Below are positions 1 to 9,565 of a stretch of 64,000 bases of DNA, one piece after another. Location of the stretch: sequence record CP071152.1. One strand, given 5' to 3'. The stretch's first letter is position 1. Each line of letters begins with the position of its first letter. A program made the position numbers and the translations under genes. A model generated the notes under the pieces. That model was given only the letters and a program-made list of their open reading frames with translations. It made no database searches and had not been told where the DNA came from. The DNA is from a plasmid.

Positions 1-1
1 A

Positions 2-1960
2 AATAGCACCGGCTACAGTCAGGTATCGAGCGGGCCTGAGTGGAAGTTGGGGACGGGCGGATCCGAGACCCCCGACATCCTGATCACCGGCCTGTCCGAT
101 AGCAGTGGTATCGCTAGCGGAAAATTCGTGGTCTATCGGGAGAGTGGCGCGGTCTACAAGAGCGTGGCGCTCAGCTACAACGCGAGCTCGAACAGCTTTG
201 CCTATCCGAAAAATTCCACGTTCCCGAGTTCGAACCTGGATGAGTTGTTCAAGCTCCAGTTTGAAGTGACAGACCTCGCGGGCAACGTCTACAAGACCCC
301 GTTGCAAGGGGCCCGCTGGGATAACATCGCCAACCCGCCGGGTGTGTTCGGTGTGTATAACCCGAACACCAGCTCCACGCTGGCCCCAGGCCTGACCGGT
401 TTCGACCCCTATGTGAGCGGCATGACCGTCATGACCAACCCGATCCGGCTAGCCTATCGGCTTGCTCGCACCAACTATGCCGGTTACGTCCAATCGGGGA
501 TCAACTTGACGAACGGGGTGGGGGAAGTCACCAAAGTCGGTGAGGATGCCGACTATGTCTACCTGACCATGACGACGCCCTTTGGTTTTACCGATGGCAA
601 CTACGTGCGTTGGGTCAACTTTGGTTCTTGGGCTGGTGGCAACATCGGCTACAACCTGGTGCTCTCTCCCAGTGCGGCGCAAACCCCGGTGATGAGCAAA
701 GTCGAGTATCTGTACAGTGACATTGGCTGGGCCAGCTGGAACCGCTGGGATGTTCAAAATGACCTGCTGCCCATCACGATCACTCAGGAGCGGGTCACCG
801 TTCAAGCGCGGCCCTACGATCAGAAGTGGTCTCACCACGCGACCTGTACCATTCCGGCGGGCCAAACGTCCTGTACCAACAACTGGACCGCCACCATGGC
901 GCTGGGCACCACCGGTTACCTGCATGACGGGGCCATGTTGACCAACGTGGACGGCAGTCTCAGGGGAAATCCAGGCTGGGCCAACGTCACCTGGAACGAC
1001 AGACATTACCCCGCCATCGCCACTGAGTACGATGCCGCTACCAAGTCCCTCAAGTTGATGATCAACCAGCCTGGACGGGGATCCTACTTCGACCATCTTC
1101 GACTCAAAGATGTGTGGCTGGAGGGCAATGGTGTGAAGGTGACCCCGACTGGCGGCAAGATTGCCGAAAGTGGTCCCGACTACACCTATCAGTACAACCT
1201 CGCCTCGCTGCCAGAAGGTGTCTACAACAACCTCGCTGTGTTTGCGCTGGAGATGCACGGCCCGAAAACCAAGGTCAGTCTCTTTGACTTCACCTCCGAC
1301 CGTACCCCGCCCACATTGACGATGAGCTACAAAGGCGGCGCAGTACCCGCTGGGGTTGAAACCATCAAAGATCTGCGCGTGAAGGTCACCGACACGGTGG
1401 ACACCAAGCCGCAGATCACCCGCATGACGCTCAAGGGCGGCCCGATCAATGACGCGCTGGATCTGGGGTTTACCCTGCAAGGCGGTGAATACGCACCCGA
1501 GGTGCCCCGGATGTTCCCGACACTGGAAGCCGGGCAAACCTACACGCTGAAAGTTGAGGCTCAGGACAACCAGAGCAACAAATCGAGCCTGACCCAAACC
1601 CTCTCGTTGTCCCCCCAGAACATGGTGAGCGCAGACCCCGTCAACATGATGTCGGTCTCGAAGTCCTTGATGGACGCCAACGACAAACCCCTCGCGCTGG
1701 TGAAGTTCAGAGGCAGCCTGACAGACGGGGGTTCGCAGTCACGCGGCCCGCAGTCCGGCTACATCACGCTGCGTCGTGATTCGAACTTCTCCGTGATGTT
1801 CAACGGCACCCTGATCGCCCCCGGCGAAACCAAGGACATCGTGATCCCGTTGGACACCGCAGGCGAGGCGAGTCTGCCGGTGTGGCCAGCCGAGCCCGGC
1901 GTGAATGGTAAAGCGAGCTACATGATTGATATTCCTCAAGTTGTGACAGTCGACGAATAA
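2..1960 (+). CDS. Large secreted surface/adhesin-like protein; 5'-partial, open to the window start
   Basis: The ORF is open from the window edge (TTG at 47 is only the first listed start). It is rich in Gly/Thr/Asn/Val and has beta-rich Ig-like composition, with repeats of the kind 'VKVTDTVDTKPQ' and 'VEAQDNQSNK'. The next gene follows within 12 bp. Confidence 0.5.
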   Translation, partial: NSTGYSQVSSGPEWKLGTGGSETPDILITGLSDSSGIASGKFVVYRESGAVYKSVALSYNASSNSFAYPKNSTFPSSNLDELFKLQFEVTDLAGNVYKTPLQGARWDNIANPPGVFGVYNPNTSSTLAPGLTGFDPYVSGMTVMTNPIRLAYRLARTNYAGYVQSGINLTNGVGEVTKVGEDADYVYLTMTTPFGFTDGNYVRWVNFGSWAGGNIGYNLVLSPSAAQTPVMSKVEYLYSDIGWASWNRWDVQNDLLPITITQERVTVQARPYDQKWSHHATCTIPAGQTSCTNNWTATMALGTTGYLHDGAMLTNVDGSLRGNPGWANVTWNDRHYPAIATEYDAATKSLKLMINQPGRGSYFDHLRLKDVWLEGNGVKVTPTGGKIAESGPDYTYQYNLASLPEGVYNNLAVFALEMHGPKTKVSLFDFTSDRTPPTLTMSYKGGAVPAGVETIKDLRVKVTDTVDTKPQITRMTLKGGPINDALDLGFTLQGGEYAPEVPRMFPTLEAGQTYTLKVEAQDNQSNKSSLTQTLSLSPQNMVSADPVNMMSVSKSLMDANDKPLALVKFRGSLTDGGSQSRGPQSGYITLRRDSNFSVMFNGTLIAPGETKDIVIPLDTAGEASLPVWPAEPGVNGKASYMIDIPQVVTVDE

Positions 1961-1971
1961 GGAAGGACTAG

Positions 1972-4900
1972 ATGAAGATGAATAAAACAAAAATTGCCGT
2001 AGTGGTCAGTGCGGTCCTCGCACAACCAGCCTTCGCTGCTTCGATGACTGTGACAGGCGAGATCAACACCACCACCCCGACCGTGCAGGTGACGCCCAAA
2101 GGGACACTCTACGAGGGGGTCAAGGAGTCTGAGATCAAGCTCTCCTCGAACAACGAGGGCTGCCGCGTGGTCTACAAAGAGTCCGCGCTGGAAACCCTGC
2201 AACCGGGGGTATTGGGCTGCTACCTGGTGATCGACCCCGCTGATTTGCCGGTAGGGATCGAGTTCGACCCAGGCCAAGCCAGGCTGATTGGCACCACTGC
2301 CCAAAGCGGGCAAAAGGCAGTGCCCTATAAGCTCTTCTACAAATCCGGTAGTGCTGGCACCCCGGAGGAAGTTGGCTCTGGCGTGCTGCCGTTCCTGATC
2401 ACCCCGACCCTGCCGCCGGTCATCACCAACATCTTCGGTCGCTTTGACGAGCCGGTGTGGGATCTGGGCAAAGAGCCCTCCGTTCATCGCCGCTCGACCT
2501 CTGGCCAGCTCAAGTTCATGGTGGAGCCGCGCCCGTTTGACCAGCGGATCGTGATCAGCGACTTCTCGAACTGCGTGGTGAAGGAGGGGGAAGACAACTG
2601 CGTGGCGGTGAACAATTCCATGCAGAACATTCTGGGTGAGAGTGAGACGGGCAACAAGCCGATGCTGGTGTCCGCCAACTCCACCAACAACTACTTTGCG
2701 CCAGTGAACGATCAGGTTGCTCTGTCCTGGGACTTTAGGCCGCCGCTGGTGGGCGCGAACGTGCAGGGTAATACCGAATCGCCGCTCCAAACCATCGAGA
2801 CCACCGAAGGGGTGCAAGATGTGCCGTATTCGACCATCGCGGTCATCGTCAACTCGCCCCACAATGACCAGACCAAGAGCTGGTGGCACCCAGCCACCCT
2901 CAAGATGGTGCTGACGCCCGACCCAGAATCGCCGCGCAAGATCTATCTGTCCTACAAGAGTCGGCAACTGCTGAGTGTCGCGGGCACCACCCACGACAAC
3001 ACCACCGTGGCGGCCACGCCAGTAGGCAAATACATCGTTACCGGCCCGCAGCAGTTCCGGTACAACTTCGACATGAACACCATCAAGGATGGTGACTTCC
3101 TGGTGAAGATGGAGGTAACCGACCAGTACGGCAACACCAGCACCTCGGACGCCAGGCCCATCCGTCTGGACCGCTATGGCCCGCAAGTCGGCCTGTATGG
3201 GCCCGACCTGTCTGCTGTGGCCGATGGCGAAGTGGTGTTCTTCCCCGAACGCCTGACGGTCGCCTCCTACAACGGGTATACCGGCGGCGTGGTCGAGACG
3301 AAGGCCACCCTGGGCGGCGTTGAGTTGCCGTTGTCCCCCACGGACACTGAGGGTGTGTTCACCGTTGGCAAAACCGACCTCTCTGCCCTGACCTCGGGTG
3401 AATCCTACCCGCTGATCGTGACTGCCAAGGACAAGGCCGATCGGGTCACCACCAAGACCTACCAGGTCCGCTATGCCGCGACCGCGCTTAGCCTCTCACC
3501 GACTCCGGCCAACCCTGTACAGTTTGTGCAGCGGGTGTCCGTGAAGGTCGACAACACCGGCTACAACTGCCCCATTAACTACACCCAGGAGCAGGCCGCA
3601 GAGATGGCGGCGACCTACAACAAGATTGCCTGCTATGCCGAGTGGGATCTGCCACCGGGCATGGAAGCGACCGTGAGCGTTCTGGGTAACGTTGTGCTCG
3701 AAGGCTTCGTGGACGACACCGTGGGCCGTATCGGCTACACGCTCCACGCGGTAAGCCCCGAAGGGTATGTTATGGAGGTCACCAAGGGCTCCGTGGATCT
3801 GAAACCCACGCCTGCCACCGAACCTGTCATCTCCTTCCAGGGACGGCGCAAGCAGGGCGATGATGGCCTGATGATCGACATTAATGGCGGGGTGGCCGGT
3901 AGTGCAATCGTCAACTCGTCGCCGGGCGATCTGGATCTGACCGTGAACATTCCGGGTGTGGGTGAGACGACCAACTCCATCCGTATGCGCCCGCGTCCGA
4001 CTGGCGGGGACTCCAAGACCTCCGCAATCATCAAGGTGCCGAAGGGCGACATCTGGACCGTCTACCCGGTCGAGATCAAGGCCAAGTATTCTCGTACCAA
4101 TGAGCTGTCCGCTACCAAGGAAGGCAAGGTTTATATCGTGCCGTCCAAGAACTTGAAGATAAACATGAGCGGGATGGATCGGGAGTCGGTGGATAACGAA
4201 ACCTCCACGATCTCCTCGTCCATCGGGGAGTTCGACAGCAAGACCAAGCAGATCAACTACCGCCAGAACGAGCACGGCGAGTGGAACATGCGCTTGATGC
4301 AGGTCGTCACCAGCTACAAGGACGGCAATCAGTCCAAGACCTTTGTCCCGCTCACCGACATTAAGAAGACCGATGCCGAAGGCAAGGTGGATCTGGTGTT
4401 CGACCCGAGCAAGGCAGAAGGCCGGTCCATCACCTACGTGACCGAGGGTGAGGTTATTTCGCCCTTTGCCCAGTTCAAGCTCAAGATTGTCTCTGCCAAA
4501 CGCCACCTGAACCTCATCAAGGGGGTAGGGGTGGATGGTACGCCCAACGTGACCGAAATCGTTGACCAGGTGCCGATGAAGGCGACCATCAAGGTCAAGC
4601 CGGATTCCGAGCAAGATAAGGATGCGCTAGGCGAGGTGGAGTGGCAGATCCGCAGCGGCGATTCCGGTGCATGGGTGCCTGCACCCGAAGCAACGGGCCG
4701 CTTGAGCTACGTGTTCACCACCGAGGAGCCGGGCAAATGGCAGGTGCGGGCCATCCTGCACAACCGCTTGACCAACGTCACCAACCCGACCGACATCACC
4801 ACCCTGGTTGCCTATGCCAAACCTGACATCCAGCTGGTGCAGAAGAAGATCGTCCTCAAGGGTCAACCAATCCCGCTGGAAGTGACCGGCAGCCATGGCG

Positions 4901-6177
4901 CTGAGATCGATGATGCGCTCAACGTGCAATGGTCCACCGATGGCAAGCACTGGGAAGATGGTGATCGGGAAACGGAAATGATGGTCGCACCCGACAGCAA
5001 CTATCTCTATGCCCGTGCTGAGTTCGCCAACAGTCAATCGGAGGCGGAAGCCAGCAGTTGGGTGACCACCAAGATCATGCCGAAGGTGCTGACACCGGCG
5101 CAAGTGCGGGCCAGCGTGACCGGTCCCGATAAGGTCGAGATCAACAAGCCGTTCACCCTGACAGGCTCGTACAAGAACGATTACCAGCTGGTCGAAGGCG
5201 TCAAGTATCAGGAAGAGTGGGTGCTGCCGGATGGTACCGTTCGCAGCGGGCACGATGTTGTCTACACGCCGACCGAAGATGGCAAGACCCTGCCGTTCAC
5301 CTACCGTGTCTGGCTCGACGGCTACAAGGAGACCACCGTCAAGGAAGTCGTGAAGGAGGTCGATACCTGGGCCTACTACTTCCCGACCTTCTACAGCGGC
5401 CAGCGCCAGTATTTCAAACTGGCCCCGACCACTATCGAGGTGCGCAACACCACTAAACTCCCGTCGTTCCCGGGCGTGGTGTACGACATCAAGGTTACGC
5501 ACGGGGAGGGTGTGACCGATGTGAGCTTTGACAAGGAGAAGGGCCGCTATGTCGGTACCATCAACGAGCCAGGCATTCACAGCGTCTTCATTACCCTGAG
5601 CGATAACCGGGGCAACTCAGAGACCCAAGAGCATCTGTTTGCCGTCGATGAGTCCGAACCCATGCAGGCGAAGATCACCCCGAGCTACAGCAACAAGTTC
5701 ATGCGGGCCCCGCTGTCGGTGAACATGAGCAGTAGCATCGAGCTGGATCACCCCTCTGACAACCTCAAGGAGTTCAGCTGGGTGCTCGATGGCGTGCTGG
5801 TCAAGGACACAATGCGCCGTCAGCTGTTCGCCAACCTGCCCGAAGGTGACCACACCATCGAGTTCAAGGCGCTCAGTGACTTCGGCCAGCGTGCGCTGGT
5901 GAGCCACGACTTCACCGTGCTCAAGAACAAGCCAGCCGAGTGTGACTTGCAGCAGAGCGACACGACCACTTCATGGCGCGTGAAGATGTCCTGCGTGGAC
6001 ACCGATGGCCGTATCGTGGCCTATCGCTGGAAGATCGACGGCGAGACCATCGGCAACACCAGCTATGCAATCTCGCTGACCAAGGCGTTGAACCCTGGCT
6101 CGCACGAGATTGAGGCGGTGGCTATCGACGACTCCGGTGACGAAACCAAAGATTCGACCACGCTTACCGGGCAGTGA
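1972..6177 (+). CDS. Very large (1401 aa) secreted Ig-like/PKD-like repeat protein, putative adhesin
   Basis: N-terminal signal peptide MKMNKTKIAVVVSAVLAQPAFAAS. A GGAAGG RBS lies upstream. The composition is long and repetitive, rich in Thr/Val/Gly/Asp, and the C-terminal region is PKD-like ('YRWKIDGETIGNTSY...HEIEAVAIDDSGDE'). Confidence 0.55.
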   Translation: MKMNKTKIAVVVSAVLAQPAFAASMTVTGEINTTTPTVQVTPKGTLYEGVKESEIKLSSNNEGCRVVYKESALETLQPGVLGCYLVIDPADLPVGIEFDPGQARLIGTTAQSGQKAVPYKLFYKSGSAGTPEEVGSGVLPFLITPTLPPVITNIFGRFDEPVWDLGKEPSVHRRSTSGQLKFMVEPRPFDQRIVISDFSNCVVKEGEDNCVAVNNSMQNILGESETGNKPMLVSANSTNNYFAPVNDQVALSWDFRPPLVGANVQGNTESPLQTIETTEGVQDVPYSTIAVIVNSPHNDQTKSWWHPATLKMVLTPDPESPRKIYLSYKSRQLLSVAGTTHDNTTVAATPVGKYIVTGPQQFRYNFDMNTIKDGDFLVKMEVTDQYGNTSTSDARPIRLDRYGPQVGLYGPDLSAVADGEVVFFPERLTVASYNGYTGGVVETKATLGGVELPLSPTDTEGVFTVGKTDLSALTSGESYPLIVTAKDKADRVTTKTYQVRYAATALSLSPTPANPVQFVQRVSVKVDNTGYNCPINYTQEQAAEMAATYNKIACYAEWDLPPGMEATVSVLGNVVLEGFVDDTVGRIGYTLHAVSPEGYVMEVTKGSVDLKPTPATEPVISFQGRRKQGDDGLMIDINGGVAGSAIVNSSPGDLDLTVNIPGVGETTNSIRMRPRPTGGDSKTSAIIKVPKGDIWTVYPVEIKAKYSRTNELSATKEGKVYIVPSKNLKINMSGMDRESVDNETSTISSSIGEFDSKTKQINYRQNEHGEWNMRLMQVVTSYKDGNQSKTFVPLTDIKKTDAEGKVDLVFDPSKAEGRSITYVTEGEVISPFAQFKLKIVSAKRHLNLIKGVGVDGTPNVTEIVDQVPMKATIKVKPDSEQDKDALGEVEWQIRSGDSGAWVPAPEATGRLSYVFTTEEPGKWQVRAILHNRLTNVTNPTDITTLVAYAKPDIQLVQKKIVLKGQPIPLEVTGSHGAEIDDALNVQWSTDGKHWEDGDRETEMMVAPDSNYLYARAEFANSQSEAEASSWVTTKIMPKVLTPAQVRASVTGPDKVEINKPFTLTGSYKNDYQLVEGVKYQEEWVLPDGTVRSGHDVVYTPTEDGKTLPFTYRVWLDGYKETTVKEVVKEVDTWAYYFPTFYSGQRQYFKLAPTTIEVRNTTKLPSFPGVVYDIKVTHGEGVTDVSFDKEKGRYVGTINEPGIHSVFITLSDNRGNSETQEHLFAVDESEPMQAKITPSYSNKFMRAPLSVNMSSSIELDHPSDNLKEFSWVLDGVLVKDTMRRQLFANLPEGDHTIEFKALSDFGQRALVSHDFTVLKNKPAECDLQQSDTTTSWRVKMSCVDTDGRIVAYRWKIDGETIGNTSYAISLTKALNPGSHEIEAVAIDDSGDETKDSTTLTGQ

Positions 6178-6649
6178 TATGAGAGAATTGCGGGCCGGGG
6201 TGACCTGGCCCGTAGGAGGAATAGATGGACGCAGTGCTTGATGATTGCATGGAGGTAGGCCCCGCCTATCTGCACGAACAGCCCCGCCGACATCCTCTGC
6301 TTTGCCAGTTCGATGCGGGGGTGCAAGAGTTTGAGGGAGCGTTTCGCCGCCGCTGTCGTGGGCGAACACCAGTGGGGGAACTGCTCGCTCTGGGGGCGGT
6401 GAGGCAGTGCTACTGGCTACTGTTGGCGGAAGGGGCAACAACTCAAGCAACGGAAATTGCCAACTGGTGGTATAACAACGCTGCCGTACATGGCCTCGGT
6501 CAGCATATCTGATCGAGTACAGCTGGTTATCTTTGACGACTTAACCACCTGCTTTGCCCTCGGTCACCCCGAGGGCTCTTTTCAGGTGCTTTCCTACTCA
6601 CCTTCATTCCCTCGCTCGCAACGCGCAACAAACCGACCACAGGTGACAC

Positions 6650-7099
6650 ATGACCAACTCTGTCGACGCTAAAAAAGAATTTTTGGGGTATTTCCCTGTT
6701 GCCCTCTCAGATAACCTGGTTGACCCGCGTCACCCTCATTGCGAGCCCTACAATCGTTTGTTGCGCCTGGTGCAACCGCTTATTGTCGAATACAACAATT
6801 CGTTAAGCCCGATGCAGGACATAGTGGGCTTCATCCTCAAGCGCAGTCAAAAAGACTTGCCCTGTGGTCGCCTTCGCACCATCTACGGTTTTGACTTTGA
6901 TTTTGCGGGATTGAAGGTTCCTGACAGCCCGATCAGCAAACTGGTGGAAGGGATAGCCGCAGCGATAATGAGCTTCACGGTGACCAAACTGACGGTGCGC
7001 GACATCCAGGACGGTGTCGAGTTCGATCTGAGTGGGTGGCAACTAGACGCCGACTGCACCGACCCCGAAGAGCTTGAAGAGTTTGAAGAGTTTGAATAA
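6650..7099 (+). CDS. Hypothetical acidic protein (C-terminal EELEEFEEFE)
   Basis: A 149-aa ORF with no recognisable domain and a weak RBS. Confidence 0.25.
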   Translation: MTNSVDAKKEFLGYFPVALSDNLVDPRHPHCEPYNRLLRLVQPLIVEYNNSLSPMQDIVGFILKRSQKDLPCGRLRTIYGFDFDFAGLKVPDSPISKLVEGIAAAIMSFTVTKLTVRDIQDGVEFDLSGWQLDADCTDPEELEEFEEFE

Positions 7100-7303
7100 A
7101 TGTCTGGCCACACTGGTCATCGCGGGCAGAGAACGCGCTAGTCGACAGCCCTAATGCCGCTAGCGCCTTGATGGTTTCCTCCAGGGACGCGCGGGTTGCC
7201 GGACCAGAACGCAACCCCCAAAGCCAACCCCCTTGCTGTTGTCCTCAAAGGACGATGAGCCTAGTCGTCGTACTCATCCCAACGAGCGGCTTGTTCATGT
7301 GGG

Positions 7304-7372
7304 ATGAAAATAAAGTGTCATCCCCGAAAATAGAGTTTCATCCTTGAAAATAAAGTCACACCCTAACTTTCC
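7304..7372. repeat. Three direct 18-20 bp repeats (GAAAATAAAGTGTCATCCCC / GAAAATAGAGTTTCATCCTT / GAAAATAAAGTCACACCC), candidate integrase arm-type sites
   Basis: Read directly in the sequence. The repeats lie about 100 bp upstream of the integrase remnant. Confidence 0.5.
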
Positions 7373-7472
7373 GTGAACACCGCTCAGGGCCTGCTGGTAT
7401 GATCACCAGGAGGCCCTTTTCCTTCTTTCTCAGTCCACCGCCGAGAACTGGCACTAAACAGAGAGAGCCCCC

Positions 7473-8151
7473 ATGTACTACCACCCCAAACCCGCCGCCA
7501 GTCATGCCGCTTCCCTTCGCCCTGGGCAACTTCGCCATGTGATCCGGGTCGCCTCGATCACTGGTCGCCAGCCCGTCCGTGATGTGATGTTGCTCTGGCT
7601 CACCCATTCAACCGGTGTGCGCGTCACCGAGCTGGCCAGCATCGAGATCCGCGACCTGCTGCACCCATCCGGCCAGATGCGCGAGGAGGTCTATCTGCGG
7701 GCCTCTATCACGAAGCACAGCAGGCCCCGCACCATCTCCCAAGACCATCGCAGCCATTGAGGCGTGGCTCGCTTACCGCTGCGCCCGTGGTTGGGGCCTC
7801 TCATCCGATCCTGAGTACCGAGGCTTTCGCCCTGATGAGCGCCTGGTGCTGACCCACAAGGGGCGAGCCTTCGAGCTGGCCCGCAAAGTTCGCGAGCTCA
7901 ACACCGGTCCCGTTGAGTACCGGTGCTGTGATGCGCTCCAGCAACTGATGAGCAGGCTATATCGGCAGGCGGGGATAAAGGGGGGATCCAGCCACTCAGG
8001 CCGCCGCACCCTGGCGGCCAAGGTGCTGGCCACGACCGGCAAGGTCGAGCTGGTGCAGCTGCTGCTCGGCCATGCCGAGGCGGATCATGTGTGGCCGTAT
8101 CTGGACGTGAGGAATGAGGAGATAAGGAGGGCGTTTGATCTGGCTCTGTGA
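7473..8151 (+). pseudogene. Tyrosine recombinase/phage integrase, C-terminal catalytic domain only, with an internal frameshift
   Basis: Two overlapping ORFs (7473..7760 and 7615..8151) in different frames together give box I (GVRVTELASIEIRDL), HSGRRT, LLGHAE and the catalytic Tyr (WPYLD). The N-terminal domain is absent and the frame is broken near 7735-7760. Confidence 0.7.
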
Positions 8152-8238
8152 TGCTTAAATGCAGCCTTAAATTTATGACACTAATCACACAAATAACCTT
8201 GTAGGCTATAACCGGCTAGGTTATATTTATTTCAAGAG

Positions 8239-8484
8239 GTGAGGCAAAGGTGCCGAGCCAAAAGTAGAAAGGTGACAAAAATGAGTAACGCAGCCATCGA
8301 GTTCATCAATGTAATCGGTTCAAACATGGAAGAAGTGAACAAGCCGCTTATCTCAATAAAGAATGTCTTGGAGGATGGTGAAGCGCTGGGTTATCTGGGG
8401 GTGACTGATGAAGATCAAGGGATGGTCGAGGAGGCTCACGATATTGTCAGCAACTGGATAAAAGAAGGTAAAGAGTTCCTCTAA
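8239..8484 (+). CDS. Small acidic hypothetical protein, first gene of the small-gene module
   Basis: 81 aa. Its stop overlaps the next start (ATGA at 8481-8484). An AT-rich promoter-like region with ATAACC repeats lies upstream. Confidence 0.5.
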   Translation: MRQRCRAKSRKVTKMSNAAIEFINVIGSNMEEVNKPLISIKNVLEDGEALGYLGVTDEDQGMVEEAHDIVSNWIKEGKEFL

Positions 8485-8702
8485 TGACCCCAGAGCAAGT
8501 CAAACAGGCCCGGTTAACTCTGGGCCTTAGTCAGTCTCAAATGTGCAAGGCTTTGAGGCTCACTAGCGTCATGACCTACGCCAAGTGGGAGCAAGGGACA
8601 GCCAAGCCAACCGCATCGGCAGCCGCATCCATAGAGATGTTGCTTTATATGAGAACTGCTGGAGTGCTGGATGGTTGGATTGCCAAACATGCAAACAGTT
8701 AG
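8484..8702 (+). CDS. XRE-family helix-turn-helix transcriptional regulator
   Basis: The sequence 'ARLTLGLSQSQMCKALRLTSVMTYAKWEQG' is a typical Cro/C1-type HTH. It is translationally coupled to the upstream gene. Confidence 0.7.
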   Translation: MTPEQVKQARLTLGLSQSQMCKALRLTSVMTYAKWEQGTAKPTASAAASIEMLLYMRTAGVLDGWIAKHANS

Positions 8703-8717
8703 AGGAAAAAACAGACC

Positions 8718-8939
8718 ATGGAAATGAACTGGATCAGCGTAAAGGACGAGCTACCGAAATTGGGTGAGCCTGTGCTGTTGTGTGATTGGTCTGGGGTGGT
8801 TCAGAAGCAAACATTCTACAGGGACTACGATGATGTATCGGATTTCTGGCAGGACGTTGGCGATAACCATGACGGCGTGCCGCTAAATATCGGCGATCAC
8901 TGGATGCCGTTACCACCCCCCTCGCATATTGCTGGTTGA
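8718..8939 (+). CDS. DUF551-like phage-associated protein
   Basis: N-terminal 'WISVKDELPK' and C-terminal 'HWMPLPPPS' match DUF551 hallmarks. Preceded by the conserved GAGGAAAAAACAGACCATG junction. Confidence 0.5.
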   Translation: MEMNWISVKDELPKLGEPVLLCDWSGVVQKQTFYRDYDDVSDFWQDVGDNHDGVPLNIGDHWMPLPPPSHIAG

Positions 8940-8956
8940 TAGAGGAAAAACAGACC

Positions 8957-9265
8957 ATGAGCAAGAAGGTATATCCGCTCGATATTCAGAGCGTTGGTGG
9001 CGATGAATACATCGTCATGTCTCGCGGCCATCACGATATGCACGACTTCATGAAGGCGGTGCGGGCCGAGGGCTATGAGTGGCCCCTGGGTGTCCCTGAG
9101 CATCGCTGGGCGAAGGTCACACCGGATTCAACCGGTGAATGCACCTGCCTTTACCACTTCGTTGAGGAAGGTACTCGCGGGGCGTTTCCGGTGACGTACT
9201 CATGGGAAGCATATGGGGATGATGCCTATGAGGCTAAATACCCATCTATGGCCGCAGCAAGTTAA
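8957..9265 (+). CDS. Hypothetical protein
   Basis: The ORF 8936..9265 has an internal ATG at 8957 ('MSKKVYPL') preceded by the conserved GAGGAAAAACAGACC junction. Confidence 0.5.
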   Translation: MSKKVYPLDIQSVGGDEYIVMSRGHHDMHDFMKAVRAEGYEWPLGVPEHRWAKVTPDSTGECTCLYHFVEEGTRGAFPVTYSWEAYGDDAYEAKYPSMAAAS

Positions 9266-9280
9266 GGGAAAAACGGACTC

Positions 9281-9553
9281 ATGAGTAACGAAAATCACCA
9301 GCTATTCACCACCGAGCAGATCCGCCAGCGCCTTGAGGAAGGGGGCGAATCTGCCCGCTGGTTGGCTCAGGCTGTTGTCTCCTACTACCGGCCAGCAGCA
9401 CCGGCCCCTAGCTTGTTTGCCTTCTCTACGGAGCTGGACGAAGAGGCGCAGGGAATGTTTTTCCAACTGCTGTTGATCCGCAGCAAGCCGGATTGGTCTG
9501 ATGACCAGCTCGCCGCCCTGGTGCGCGAGTGCGAACAGCACCTCACCAACTGA
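9281..9553 (+). CDS. Hypothetical protein
   Basis: A 90-aa ORF preceded by AAGGGAAAAACGGACTCATG. Confidence 0.5.
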   Translation: MSNENHQLFTTEQIRQRLEEGGESARWLAQAVVSYYRPAAPAPSLFAFSTELDEEAQGMFFQLLLIRSKPDWSDDQLAALVRECEQHLTN

Positions 9554-9565
9554 TCGAGGAAAAGA

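Noticed and set aside
449-1597. 382-aa minus-strand ORF inside the first adhesin gene, and similar long antisense ORFs at 1936..3186, 3496..4614 and 4627..5580
   Set aside because: These are high-GC antisense shadows of the large plus-strand genes, which have the coherent repeat protein architecture. The antisense frames are Arg/Gly/Val-rich and without motifs.
6225-6672. Small ORFs between the adhesin gene and the acidic protein gene
   Set aside because: No RBS, no motifs and overlapping frames. They are likely non-coding.
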